Origin: Saprolegnia diclina VS20 | Lineage: Eukaryota | Reading direction: 5' to 3' | NCBI RefSeq assembly: GCF_000281045.1 | Contig: NW_008246090.1 | Coordinates: 147,562 to 187,831, forward strand | DNA: 40,270 bases | Program-made: the position numbers and the translations under genes | Shown here: positions 1 to 11,075 of the stretch, piece by piece | Numbering within the stretch: position 1 is the stretch's first letter | Layout of the letters: each line of letters opens with the position of its first letter | Notes under the pieces: model-generated | The model's input: only the letters and a program-made list of their open reading frames with translations | Database searches by the model: none | What the model was told of the DNA's origin: nothing

Positions 1-96
<96 letters not shown>
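1..96. repeat. (ATAG)n / (GATA)n microsatellite, 24 units, truncated by the window edge
   Basis: Perfect ATAG tetramer array; ends about 80 bp upstream of the ATG at 178. Confidence 0.98.
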
Positions 97-97
<1 letters not shown>

Positions 98-177
98 GCT
101 GCATCAACACCCAGATCCAGCGGTCGATGGGGTAGGGTTGACAAATATCTCAAGCGGTTTCGACCGACGAAGCGGCG

Positions 178-3101
178 ATGGCCACGTACAAGGGGCCGTT
201 CGCGACGCCGCCCGTGCGCATTGGGCGTGAGGTGCGCCATACGACGGGCGGGCGACCGGCCACCGCGCGGCGCGCCGACCTCTCGTGGCTAGCACCTGCA
301 CGGCCGTTCTCTGCCGGTGCCACGTCATTGACGCCACCGCATGTGGTCCCGCAGCGCCCGGCGACTGCACGCTGCGAGTCGATGGAGGAGCGCATTTGCC
401 GGCACTTGATGCCAGACAGCGTCACGGCTATCGCCGAGGCGGCCCTCCGCGAGGCGCACCACGTCAAGGACGTCGATCCGCTCTGCGGCAGCACGGTTGA
501 GATTCGTCCGCTGCACGCGGTTTTGCCCCGAGGCACCCGCAACGCCGACTTTTACCGGGCGCGCGGTACACGATGACACACAGCCTTGACGCTGACGAGA
601 AGATAGGGTACCAGCACCGCATGCAGGGCAACTTTGACCAAGCGATCGAGTACGATGATACTTTGATCGCACCATCCCGCATCGTGTCTCTACTCTAGCG
701 ACTACCACAGCGCGCTCAAGACGTCGCCGCGCGACTTCAAGACCCTCTTTAGCCTCGGCATTGCGGTGCGTCCAGCATGCCAACGCAAAATCGCTCGAAA
801 AACGTAGTGTGAGCGGCTCGGGCGGCTGCAGGACGCACTCGCCGCGTACGCCAAAGCCGCGAGCGTCTCGCCCCGCAACCCGTATGTGCACTTCAACACT
901 GGCATTTGCTACACGGTACAACGCAGTCGTGGTCTCTTCACTCTCTACTCGAATACTAAGGTCTCATAGCTCCGCGAAGAGTACAAGCGCGCGATCGAGA
1001 GCTTCTCGGTCGCGATCGAGCTCGATGTGACCAACGTCGCGTTCTACAAGGGCCGCGCGCTCGCCTACCGCAAGGCCGGGCAGTACACGGACGCGGCCAA
1101 GGACTATAGCACCATCAATTTTCTCTCGGTGCGTCCAAGCGTCGCGACTGCCTCTCACACCGACTGTAGAACGAGCAGACGGACGGCGCGGCGGAGAAGG
1201 ACGAGGTGCGCATCGTCGGCGCGCCACGTGGAAGCTTGACTCGAATGTAGGCGCCCGAGCTCCAGTTATACCACGCCAAAGGCGGCATATCCTTTTTACA
1301 CGAGCCAATATATATCTCAACAACACAGTTGAAGTGGGGACCGGCGACATTAGTACCGTGAATGCGCCATGTACTACTACGACGACAAACCCATTTTTAC
1401 GCCGCGCCCGGCGCCAACGTTGATTGCGTCGACATTGCAGCAGAACGACCAGTCCATGTGCTACAAAGTTCGAGCCAAGTGCGATTTCGTAACCTAAGAA
1501 ATGGCGCTAGATTGCGCGGATCCCGCCGCATCTGCGCACCGACGAAGACTTGCACGTGCTCATGGACAAGACGTGCGTGTTTCCCACGTGCCGCGGTCTC
1601 CCCCATGACGTACGATGATGACCGATGCACGTGAGATATCATTTCTGATAGCTGCACCAAAAGCTGTGCCGCGAGCTCGTGTCGGTGACCGTGTCGCCGC
1701 ACACCGTGCTCTTTAAAGAAGGCGACAGCGGCCACGTGCTCTTCTTTCTGCTCCACGGCAAAGTCGAGCTCTTCAAGCTGCCCATGGTCAAGGTCGGTGA
1801 CGAAACGACGACCAACCAAGTCGGCTCGATCGAGACGCAGCTCGCAGCGTTTGAGCCGAGTGCGCTGCACCGCGAAAGCACCTTCTTGGACACTGTGGAT
1901 CGAATCCTCGAGGTGCCGGCGACACCACTCTACACACTGCACACCGGCAGCGAGTTTGGCAGCCATGGCCGCTTCCGCCAGCTCCCTCGGTATACAACAA
2001 CCCTCATCCCATCATCATCAGCTTCGCGACAACGTGCCGTAGGGCGGTGAATGCGGTGGCCACGGACGCCTGCGAGCTGCTCATGCTACCGTGGTCGGTC
2101 CTTGATGCACTCGAACTGGCGCACGCCGAGATCGAGGTCCTCGTCCTCTTTGTTCGACGCACATTAACGACGACTCTATCGCAGTGCGCCAACGTGGCTG
2201 CGTTTCTTGGGAAGCTCCCGATCTTCAAGTACGTCTCGTCACCACAGCTGCGCATCTTGGCCGTCAAGGTACGACAGTCAAACTGTACGATATGGCACGC
2301 CATTGGATATCTTGCGGTAGACCAAATGGATCAAAGTCCCGAGCGCCACCGTACGTGCATCACCGACCTCTCCGACTGCAAACAGCAATTCTAGGTGGTT
2401 CAGGTCTCCGGACAGCACCACGAAGGTCTCCTCGTCGTCCGCAGTGGCACGTGCAAGCTTATGCGACACGACCTCCTCACGGCCACGGGGCGCCACCTCA
2501 GCAGCAGTCCTCGGCTCGCCTCCCATAGTAACAACAACACTGCGGGCCGACAAAGCAGCGGCAACCTCAAGCTCCTCCCGCTTTCCAAAGGCAGACGCAC
2601 CGAGCAGCATGCGCGGCAGGCGTACCTTCACATGGAGCACGAAGACGACCCGCTGCACTTTGTGTATGCAAACAGCACGCTCTCTTCCCACGTGCTCTCG
2701 ACCAACGACACGGCCGACGCCGTCGTGCACGCAGAGCTCCACGCCCGGGACTTTGTCGGCGAGCGCTCGTTTCTGAGCAACGAAGGCAATGAAAAGTCAT
2801 TTGCAAAGTACGCGCTCGTCACGAGCTCGTACGCCGAGCTTCTCTTCGTCCGCAAGGTTTGTCCATCCGCATCCCCATCCTTCGACGACAACTTGTCCAC
2901 AAAGTTGTCTGACTTGATGTCTAGGCCGATTTCTTCACCGAGACATCGTACGGCACACGGCAGCGCGTGCGCACCAACATTCAAAAGCTCAACGACGATG
3001 CGGCGGCCCGCGGCACGGCGGCCCACGACCCAAAAGACTGGGCGCGCTACAAGGCCAAGCTCGTCCAGCAGATTATTGTCGACAAGCGGCTCTCGCGTTA
3101 A
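178..3101 (+). CDS. Multi-exon protein with N-terminal TPR repeats and two degenerate cyclic-nucleotide-binding (CNB) domains; could be two adjacent genes (TPR 178-1360, CNB 1369-3101)
   Basis: Spliced TPR helices: FYRARGYQHRMQGNFDQAI, CERLGRLQDALAAYAKAASVSPRNPYVHFNTGIC, FYKGRALAYRKAGQYTDAAKDY. CNB signatures: TVLFKEGDSGHVLFFLLHGKVELF...GSEFGSHGRFRQLPRAVNAVATDACELL and GLLVVRSGTCKL...DFVGERSF...YAELLFV. GT-AG introns; TAA at 3099-3101. Confidence 0.7.
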
Positions 3102-3130
3102 TTGCGTTTATGGAATGTTTGCGAGAGAAC

Positions 3131-4153
3131 CTAAAAAGGCGGGGTGGCGCGGAGACTGTGGACGAGCGACGTGTACGCTGCCGTGTTGTCGGGCGTCAGA
3201 ATGCCGTGGCGCAGGCCAAAGTCGATCAAGAGAAGGCAAATATCGGGCTTGAAGCTCTCGGGCGACGCCTCGACGAGCGCAAGCGCCTTCCGGATGGGCC
3301 AGAGCTCAAAGCGCTCGACCTCGTCGCCGTCGCTGCGTGGCACGAGCGACGATGGCAAGCATGCATCAAACACAAACTACAAGGCATGTCAGCATGACAG
3401 ACCCAAGGGCAATGTCAACCATCGTGTTGTGCTTCAAGCCTTCTTTCTCCGAGTTGACGTACGAGATGACGCCAACGCTGTGCATGAGATGCGAAATGTC
3501 GTTTGCTGCAAACTTGGCTTCTTCGCTCGCCTCTTTGAGCATGTTGTCCCATGGCGAAATGTCCAGCGGAAGGCCGCCCCCGACGATCGAGTCCCATTTG
3601 CCAGGCCAAAGGGCGCGCGACGCATGGCGGAGACCCATCCAGACGCTCACGTCGTCGGGCCGCGGGCCGTGCCGGACGTACCCGTTGAGATGGCACCCGC
3701 ACTGCGTGATCCCAAAGAATGCAGCCGCCGATCGGTCAACGCGGAAGACGACCTGGTCGGCCGCGTCCTTGGCGCCATAGTCTTCGTGCTTCCACTTTTC
3801 GCCAATGTCGCCAGTCGCTAAGAGCGCTCGCGCGACGTCCATCATGGCTAGCCGGCGGCTGTCAGTCAGAGGGCAGCACTGCTACTTGTGTACCTGTTGT
3901 GCGCGCGGCTTCGTGGGCCAAGCGCGGATGCAGTTGAATGCGGTCGGGCGTCACCTCGCTAAAGACATCGGGAAAGCGTTGAAGGGCCTAGCCACCGCCA
4001 TGAGATGCCACGAGCAGGCCCAGGTGGTCGTACCGAGACGCGCTCCTTGGCCACGAGACCCACGGTGCGCTGGTCCACAACTAACGGCGCGTACGTCGCC
4101 GGCGCGAACCGGTTGTTGCGGCGCACGATGTCGACGAGTTGGAAGCACCGCAT
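3131..4153 (-). CDS. Nudix hydrolase, DUF4743/YJR142W-like, 3 introns
   Basis: DRSAAAFFGITQCGCHLNGYV, WPGKWDSIVGGGLP...MLKEASEEA (Nudix box), DEVERFEL, FKPDICLLLIDFGLRHGILTP. ATG at 4153, TAG at 3131. Confidence 0.88.
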
Positions 4154-4873
4154 GTCCGGATGATGCAAAGTGGCATCCGGTGTCTCGGCCCGCGGGCTGG
4201 GGGACGGCGGGGCCATGGCGGTCGAATCTGAAAATGACAAGTCGACGTTGCTCAAGGCGCGCAACTGCGTCGGTGATAGTGATAGGACGTTCTCGGCTTT
4301 CGTGCAGCAAGCTTGACGGTATGCTCACGATCATCCCACACGATTTCCGTGTCGTGCACGCTACGGTGCGAAATGGTGTAGAATGATATACAGCAGGAAT
4401 TGGTGTGCACATGCTGCACTAGCTCACACCATTTTATGCCGCGGCATTGCATCATCGCGCAATAGTGTGTGTTTTAAATTTATGTACACTATTTTAATGT
4501 TTCTTTTCGCACGAAAATAGAGTACCAATGCAAAGCCAACAAGCATGGGTCAATAAAACCCATGCAACAAGGCAGACGGAGCTGGCGGACAGACGCGTTC
4601 GATCGATCGCGTCGGACTACGTATACCAAGCTCAAGGTGCCAACTACATGTGATACTACTGAACTGCCCACTGGCAAGAACACTTTTGAGGCCTCGGGAA
4701 AGACACGGTCCAGCATCTCTACCTCCGCATCAGCTTGCCCAGTGTTGGGTTGCATCATGGGGTTGCATGGTCGCTCATTCGTTCGGTGCTGGCTCGTCGT
4801 CGTTCGATGTCACAGCGGCGGAGGATGTAATTTCTTAGGAGCGCTCCCTTCGTCTACTGTACACTGCGATATC

Positions 4874-5413
4874 TCATGGCGTAAAGTACGAAAAGTCCAT
4901 CGTGGGCGGCGGCACGTCCAAGCGCGTGAGCGACGCCGAGATTTGCCCACGGTGGTGCGTTGCGTGGTTGACCGCATGCAGAATGAGGTACCCGGCTTCT
5001 TTCTCCTTCAAGACGCCGTCCGTCGCACGATACGCCACGCGCGCATCGCTCGCCGGCACGGTATCCACGTGCGCCACGAGCCGCTTCGCTTGGCCGACGA
5101 GCTCGGCCGCAATGGCATCGCGGCCCGGCACAAACTCTTCCCAGTAGGTGGACGGTGCATTCGGCGCCGCATACAGCTCGTTGTCTGGGCGGTTCCAGAA
5201 CGGCGCGAGGCGCGGATCTTCGGGCGCGTCGGGTTGGAGCCGGCTATAGAGGAGCTTGTCGGCGAGCAAAATGTGGTTCAGCGTGCCGTGGATCGAGCGA
5301 AAGGGCAGGCCGCAATGCCCATGGTACACGGCGTCGTCGAGCGTAGCGACGCTCGCGAGGAGACGCTCGGTCGCCCACACGTTGTAGCGCACAAACGTGC
5401 GCAGGAGGTGCAT
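4874..5413 (-). CDS. DinB/YfiT-superfamily putative metalloprotein (bacterial type), intronless, 179 aa
   Basis: RYNVWATERLL, FRSIHGTLNHILLAD and LHAVNHATHHRGQIS match the DinB family pattern with its His triad. Confidence 0.88.
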   Translation of the reverse strand: MHLLRTFVRYNVWATERLLASVATLDDAVYHGHCGLPFRSIHGTLNHILLADKLLYSRLQPDAPEDPRLAPFWNRPDNELYAAPNAPSTYWEEFVPGRDAIAAELVGQAKRLVAHVDTVPASDARVAYRATDGVLKEKEAGYLILHAVNHATHHRGQISASLTRLDVPPPTMDFSYFTP

Positions 5414-5920
5414 CGTTCGGTGCCAGCAAAGGGCAACTTCAGCGAATCCGCACTTAAGCGCTTCTTCGAACTTCGCTCTCGCAATCCGTGCAAGGCCCTC
5501 GTGTCCAGCTCTCGTGTCCATGCCAGCGAGCCATATTCGACAGCATCAGGCCGCAATGGCCGTGCGACCATCCACGTCTTCTTCGTGTCCCACGCCAAAT
5601 ATTCCAATCTTCCAAACTCCCAACCTTCCAACGCAGGCGTTGGACTCGGTGCTTTGGATTTTGTGATTTTCACATTTCGCACACGCGTGCGACGCAATAT
5701 CCGGATACTCACGTGTGTATCCGTACAATATTCGCCGCGTGTCGCAGCGTATGGGTCCGACAGGGTGCAATAAAATGGCCACGCGACTTGTGTACTTGGG
5801 GTTTGTATGCGTTGTATAACGTGGACGTGGATAATAAAAAAAGATAATATTTCACGCCTGCGACTAATATTCGAGCCGGTAGCGTCGTCACTCAGCAATA
5901 TTCACGGTCGCAGGGACACC

Positions 5921-6865
5921 ATGGCGCTGACCAACACGTGCTCCAAGGTCATCTTGGTGCTGCTCAACCTCGCCTTCATTGCCGCCGGCGCCGTCTTCAT
6001 CTACTATGGCCTCAACGTCAAGAACAATGGCTGGACCGACATCTTCCAGGGCAACGTCTCCAAAGGCGGGCTGGACACGGGCGTCATTGCGTTCGGCGCC
6101 GTCGTCATTGCCATTGCGCTCTTTGGCTTCCTCGGCGCGCTCTGCCGCAACAAGTGCCTTCTCGTCTTGTACTCGATATTTGTCTTTCTCGCGATGGCCA
6201 TCTTCATCCTCCTTGCGGTCCTCTTCTTTCTGAGCGCGAGCACGGCCAACAAGTGGGCGGGCGAAGCGTACCCCGCCGACGCCGAGAACGAGCCGGACCT
6301 CGCGATTGGCTTTGACAAGGTGTACTGCTACGCGCAGGCCGCGAACCTCTGCATGACGTCGTCGGCGACGGCGGCCATCAATGCGTTTTACCCGTCGGGC
6401 GCGGCGGCGATCCTCTCGGTGGCCTCGCTCATCAAGGTCAACGTCTCGGAGCCCACGGGCATCAACGGCTTTTGCAACAGCGTCGACAAGCAGCTCGCGG
6501 CCGTCTCGATCCCGAACGTCAAGATGCCGTCGGAGTACACGGAGGTGTGCAAGACGTGCAAGGAAGTCGCGTCCAAGTACGAAGCGTACAAGTCGATCTT
6601 TGAGTGGACGAACGAGCAGTGCCCGCTCTCGGTGACGTCGGCCGCGTGGTGCGGCCAGTTCCTCCTCAGCAAGAAGGAGGGCGATGCGTACAACGGCGCG
6701 CCGTACAAGGACTGCCGCCCCAAGATTTTGGATCTTTGGAAGTCGCTGTCCAACAAGGTTGCGATCGGCTCGACCATCCTCGCGGTCGTCTCGCTCATCC
6801 TGCTCTTCATGGCCTGCTCGGCGGGCCGGTCGGACGAAGGTGGCTACTACCACGACTCGGTCTAA
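5921..6865 (+). CDS. Tetraspanin-like four-TM protein
   Basis: Three N-terminal hydrophobic helices (GFLGALCRNKCLLVLY loop), a large extracellular loop with 8 Cys, and one C-terminal TM. ATG at 5921. Confidence 0.85.
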   Translation: MALTNTCSKVILVLLNLAFIAAGAVFIYYGLNVKNNGWTDIFQGNVSKGGLDTGVIAFGAVVIAIALFGFLGALCRNKCLLVLYSIFVFLAMAIFILLAVLFFLSASTANKWAGEAYPADAENEPDLAIGFDKVYCYAQAANLCMTSSATAAINAFYPSGAAAILSVASLIKVNVSEPTGINGFCNSVDKQLAAVSIPNVKMPSEYTEVCKTCKEVASKYEAYKSIFEWTNEQCPLSVTSAAWCGQFLLSKKEGDAYNGAPYKDCRPKILDLWKSLSNKVAIGSTILAVVSLILLFMACSAGRSDEGGYYHDSV

Positions 6866-6972
6866 GCCCTTTTGTTATAATCTAATTGCTCAAATATCAA
6901 AACGCCCATTTTTCACTTGCACCACCATACATACATTCATGACATTCGCGGTATTTACGGTCTTCTACTACT

Positions 6973-8361
6973 TCAACGAGGACGACCGGGACCGAGGATC
7001 CGAGCAGCGAGCTCGGGCGACGCCTCGTGCTCGCGGCAGCTTGCCGTGCACTCGACGAGGAGCGTCTGTGCGAGCAATAGGAGCACGTGCGCGCATGCTG
7101 GCGAGTCGGCCGTCGCCACCAGCTGCATCACATCCCGCAAAATCGTCCCCAGTAGACCGGGGCAGGCCACCCAGAGCCAGTGCCAAGCCGCCAGCCGACC
7201 ATCGGCGACGAGGCTCTGAAGGACGCAGACGCGGCGAAGGTTGTCGTCGGCATCAAACCCGCGTGGCGAGAGTGTGAGGATGAGAGCGTGGACGGTTGAC
7301 GCGAGGACGCTTGGATCCCGGCCCTCGCACGCCCCAAGAAGCGACCACAGCGCCAGCAGCAGAAGGTCGGCGTCGTCGACGGCACGAGTGTTGCACAGCG
7401 CCCGTTGGATCTCTGTGAGCATGAACTGGATGTGGCTGGACGAGCACGCAGTGAGGAGTGCGGTCACTGCGTCACTCGTTGCAGGGAGCATGGCTGGCCC
7501 CGAGGCTCGGACGTAGCCAGCGCCTGGAGCCGACAACGCAAATGTGCGCCAGCGGTCCGTGCGCCGCGTCAAGTCGGAACACAGAGGCAACGCCGCTCGC
7601 AGCAACTCTTGGAGCGGCGCGCTGAACGTCAAGTGCTTGTCGACGATCGCGCTCGACACGTACTTGGTCGCAATCAGATGCTGTTGCAGCGCAATGTAGG
7701 TCGACGGGTCGCGCACCGAGTGCACTTTGAACCACGTGGCTGCGTACTCGTCCTTTAGAAATGACGAAGGGTCCGGCCAGCGCGCGACGAGCTCGTCGGC
7801 AAGCGCAGCACCATCGTTGCGGCCACTCGGGATCGAAGCGAGGTAGCGACGCAGGTCCGAGTCCTCACTCGCACAAAGGACATGCGCAGGCTGCAAATTA
7901 GGGCATGCAGCCAAGAGGCGCATGTGCAGAGCGTGGATCTTGATGGCGACCGCGCGGTCTCGCTCTGCGTGCTTGGCTGCATTGCAGGCGGCGACGAGCG
8001 GTGTGAGAGTGCCATGCGGTGCGTCGACGAGCTGCGTCAGTTGAAGCACGTGCATGACCCAGCCACGCACCCCCGACGCATTGCCCACGCCATCGTCTTC
8101 TTGTTGCAGCAAGTTCGCAAGCATGTTCAAGGCCTCTCGCGGCCATATTGCGGCAAATTGCTGGACGGCCGATGTCAGTCGATCGACGAGCGGCGCCAGC
8201 GGAATGTGCTTGAGCAGCGCGCGGGCAATGCACTCGCCGTGTGCTACCTTGGCATCCGTATCGAGATCCTCTGCGGTACGTAGCAGCGCCTGCCACGTGG
8301 CAGCGCCATCGGCAGGACTCGTGAGGACATCGCGCACGGCGGCGGCGGCTCTGCGGTCCAT
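6973..8361 (-). CDS. Hypothetical Leu/Ala-rich helical protein (~462 aa)
   Basis: Open frame from ATG 8361 (MDRRAAAAVRDVL); fills the space between tetraspanin and DDX24 and has a CCAAT-containing upstream region. No domain recognised. Confidence 0.6.
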   Translation of the reverse strand: MDRRAAAAVRDVLTSPADGAATWQALLRTAEDLDTDAKVAHGECIARALLKHIPLAPLVDRLTSAVQQFAAIWPREALNMLANLLQQEDDGVGNASGVRGWVMHVLQLTQLVDAPHGTLTPLVAACNAAKHAERDRAVAIKIHALHMRLLAACPNLQPAHVLCASEDSDLRRYLASIPSGRNDGAALADELVARWPDPSSFLKDEYAATWFKVHSVRDPSTYIALQQHLIATKYVSSAIVDKHLTFSAPLQELLRAALPLCSDLTRRTDRWRTFALSAPGAGYVRASGPAMLPATSDAVTALLTACSSSHIQFMLTEIQRALCNTRAVDDADLLLLALWSLLGACEGRDPSVLASTVHALILTLSPRGFDADDNLRRVCVLQSLVADGRLAAWHWLWVACPGLLGTILRDVMQLVATADSPACAHVLLLLAQTLLVECTASCREHEASPELAARILGPGRPR

Positions 8362-8491
8362 GGGTGCGGAATATACGCAACGGCCATTGGCTCGCTGGGT
8401 TTTATCCGGACGCTTTTTCAGCCAATCGCAATCGAAATGGCGAATGGTTGGCGGAAATGTTGCTCGTCTCGAATTAGATCCGCTTTTGACT
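8362..8491. promoter_or_regulatory. 130-bp bidirectional promoter with CCAAT boxes
   Basis: Head-to-head ATGs at 8361 (-) and 8492 (+). ATTGG at ~8386, CCAAT at ~8422, TATCCGGA at 8403. Confidence 0.6.
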
Positions 8492-11075
8492 ATGGCCAAG
8501 AAGGGGAAGCAGCAGCAAGCCGATGCGAAGAAGAAGGGCGGCAACGCCAGCGCATGGAAGAAGGTCGACATGACCGAGTACGAGCTGGAAGGCTTCGCCG
8601 ATGGCGGCGCCTTTGAGCTGGAAGAGCTCACGGGTACGAACACGACGACATGCCAGACGACACGGTGCTCATGCAGCCGTGCGTAGAGTACACGATTGAA
8701 GAAGACGAGTTTGGTGGCAAGACGCTCAAGTACGCTGCACCCTACGAACCTCGAGTGATGCTCATATGCTTCCTGTAGGGCGGCGTCGGGCAACGCTACC
8801 AAGAAGGCCAAGCAGCAGCAGACGCAAAAGCAGCTGACGCAACAAAAGCAGCAGACGCAGCCCAAGGTAGCCGACAGCGACAACCAAGAGAGCGCTGCGA
8901 CGTCGCCGGCGGCTGTCGTGGATGCCGAAGGCAAGAAGCGCAAGAAGAAGAAGCGTACCAAGAAGAACAAGGGGGCGGCGATCTCGGACGCAGGGGCCAA
9001 GGCCGACGACGCGACCGAGGACCAAGACGACGTCGTTGCGATCGATGCAGCCAACGACGACGATGCGAACGACGACGACGACGACGCTGCTGTCGCGGAA
9101 GACGTTGCCGACGAAGAAGAGATCTCGACCGAGCCCTTTCCCGAGTGGGCCAAGTACAAGCTCCACCCGACGATCAACCAAGCGCTTCGTCGCGTCAACT
9201 TTACGGGCCCGACCGAGATCCAGGCCAAGACGTTGCATCCGGCTGTGATCGAGCACCGCGATGTGGTCGGTGCGGCGCCGACAGGCTCCGGCAAGACGCT
9301 CGCGTTCGGTCTCCCGGTGCTGCACCACCTGCTGTCGCACCCGGAGCAAGAGAAGAAGTGCCGCGCGCTCATTCTGACGCCGACGCGCGAACTGGCGATG
9401 CAGATCACGGAGCACCTCATGAAGATCGTGCCCAACAAGCGCCAGATCGGTATTGTGACCTTGGTCGGTGGCATGGCGGTCCAGAAGCAGATCCGCCAGC
9501 TCTCGTATGCGCCCGAGATTGTCGTCGCGACGCCCGGTCGTCTCTGGGAAGTCATGGAGACCGCCGAAAGCCAGCACTTTGCGGCTCTGAACCGCGACTT
9601 GCAGTTTCTCATTGTCGACGAAGCGGATCGCATGCTCCAACCCGGGAGCTTCCCGCAGCTTCAAAAGATTTTTGAGAAAATCAACTCCAACACGGCCAAG
9701 CCGGTCAAAGGCAAGGTCCTCGACGACATGGACGACGACGAGGACGACGACGAGGACGTGCCCATGGAGGCGGCCGAGACATCGGTCGTGATGCTCGATG
9801 ACATTCTCAAGCAGCACGCAGCGGCCAAGGCCGCCAAGCCCGAGGCCCCCAAGGCACCCACCTTTGTGCGGCAGACGTTCCTCTTCTCGGCGACCATGAC
9901 GCTCAAGAACGCCGGCCGGTACCAAACCAAGCGCATGAAGAACCCGACTGCACTCACGGTGCTCGAGAGCATCATGCGCCGCGTGGGTCTCCGCGGCAAG
10001 CCCGCGGTCGTCGACCTCAGCGTGGCGGCGGCGACGAATGCGACGACTGACGAAAGCGCGCCGACGAGCAAGAAGCCCAAGGGCACGTCGGAGGTGACGC
10101 TGCCGGCCGGCCTCGAACTCTCGCAAATCGAGACGCTCGACGAACACCGCAACGACTGCCTCTACTACTTTTTGACGCAGGTAGGATCGTCTTCACCTAT
10201 CTCGGTTGTCTCATGCGATAGGACAATATTAGTACCCGGGGCGCACGATTGTCTTTCTCAACGCGATTGCCGGTGTACGTCGCGTCGCTGGCATTTTGAG
10301 CCTTCTCAAGCTCCCGGTCTTTGCGCTCCACGCCGAGATGCAGCAAAAGCAGCGCCTCAAGAAGCTCGAGGGCTTCCGCGCCAACCCCAAGGGCATTCTG
10401 ATCGCCACCGATGTCGCTGCGCGCGGTCTCGATATCCCGAGCGTCGAGTACGTGGTGCACTACCACATCCCGCGCTCGGCCGAGACGTTCGTCCACCGCA
10501 GTGGTCGTACGGCCCGTGCGGCCAAGGAAGGTCTCAGTGTCTCGATGGTCGCACCGATCGACGCGGTACGTTTCACAAAAATTTCAACCTTTCAAAGTAT
10601 CAAGAGGCTCATGGACGATGTGTAGAAATACCACGCGCAGATCTGCAGCGTCCTCCACCGTCCGTCGGGCTTTTCGTCGTTCCCGATCGACCACAAGTTC
10701 CTGCCGGTCATCAAGGAGCGTGTGAAGCTCGCCGAACAGATTTACGCTGAAGAGAACCAAGAGAGCAAGTCGAAGTCGGAAGCGTCGTGGTTCTCGCAGA
10801 TGGCCGAAGCCGCCGACTTGCCGCTCGACGACGACCTCCTTGCGCAAATGCACGTCGAGGGCGGCTCAGATGTGCGCGGCGCCAAAGCGAACCTGAACCG
10901 CCTTCTCCAAGAACCATTGCGCCCGATTGGTGCCAAGCGCAAGTTCCGCATGCTCCACGAAGAGATGAAGGGCAACCTCTTGACCGCCGACGGCGAGTAC
11001 CGGTCACGCGACGCGACAGCGGACCTCATGAAGAAGTCCAAGAAGCACTCGCTCAAGCGCTTCCGGAAGAGATAA
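8492..11075 (+). CDS. DDX24: DEAD-box RNA helicase DDX24/MAK5, 4 introns
   Basis: Q motif (PTEIQ), [56 protein letters not shown]-terminal GGAFELEEL and C-terminal SWFSQMAE are typical of MAK5/DDX24. Confidence 0.9.

Noticed and set aside
6973..9633. 886-aa minus-strand ORF as one protein
   Set aside because: The upstream half is the antisense shadow of DDX24 and crosses the promoter. Only the part from ATG 8361 looks like a real gene.
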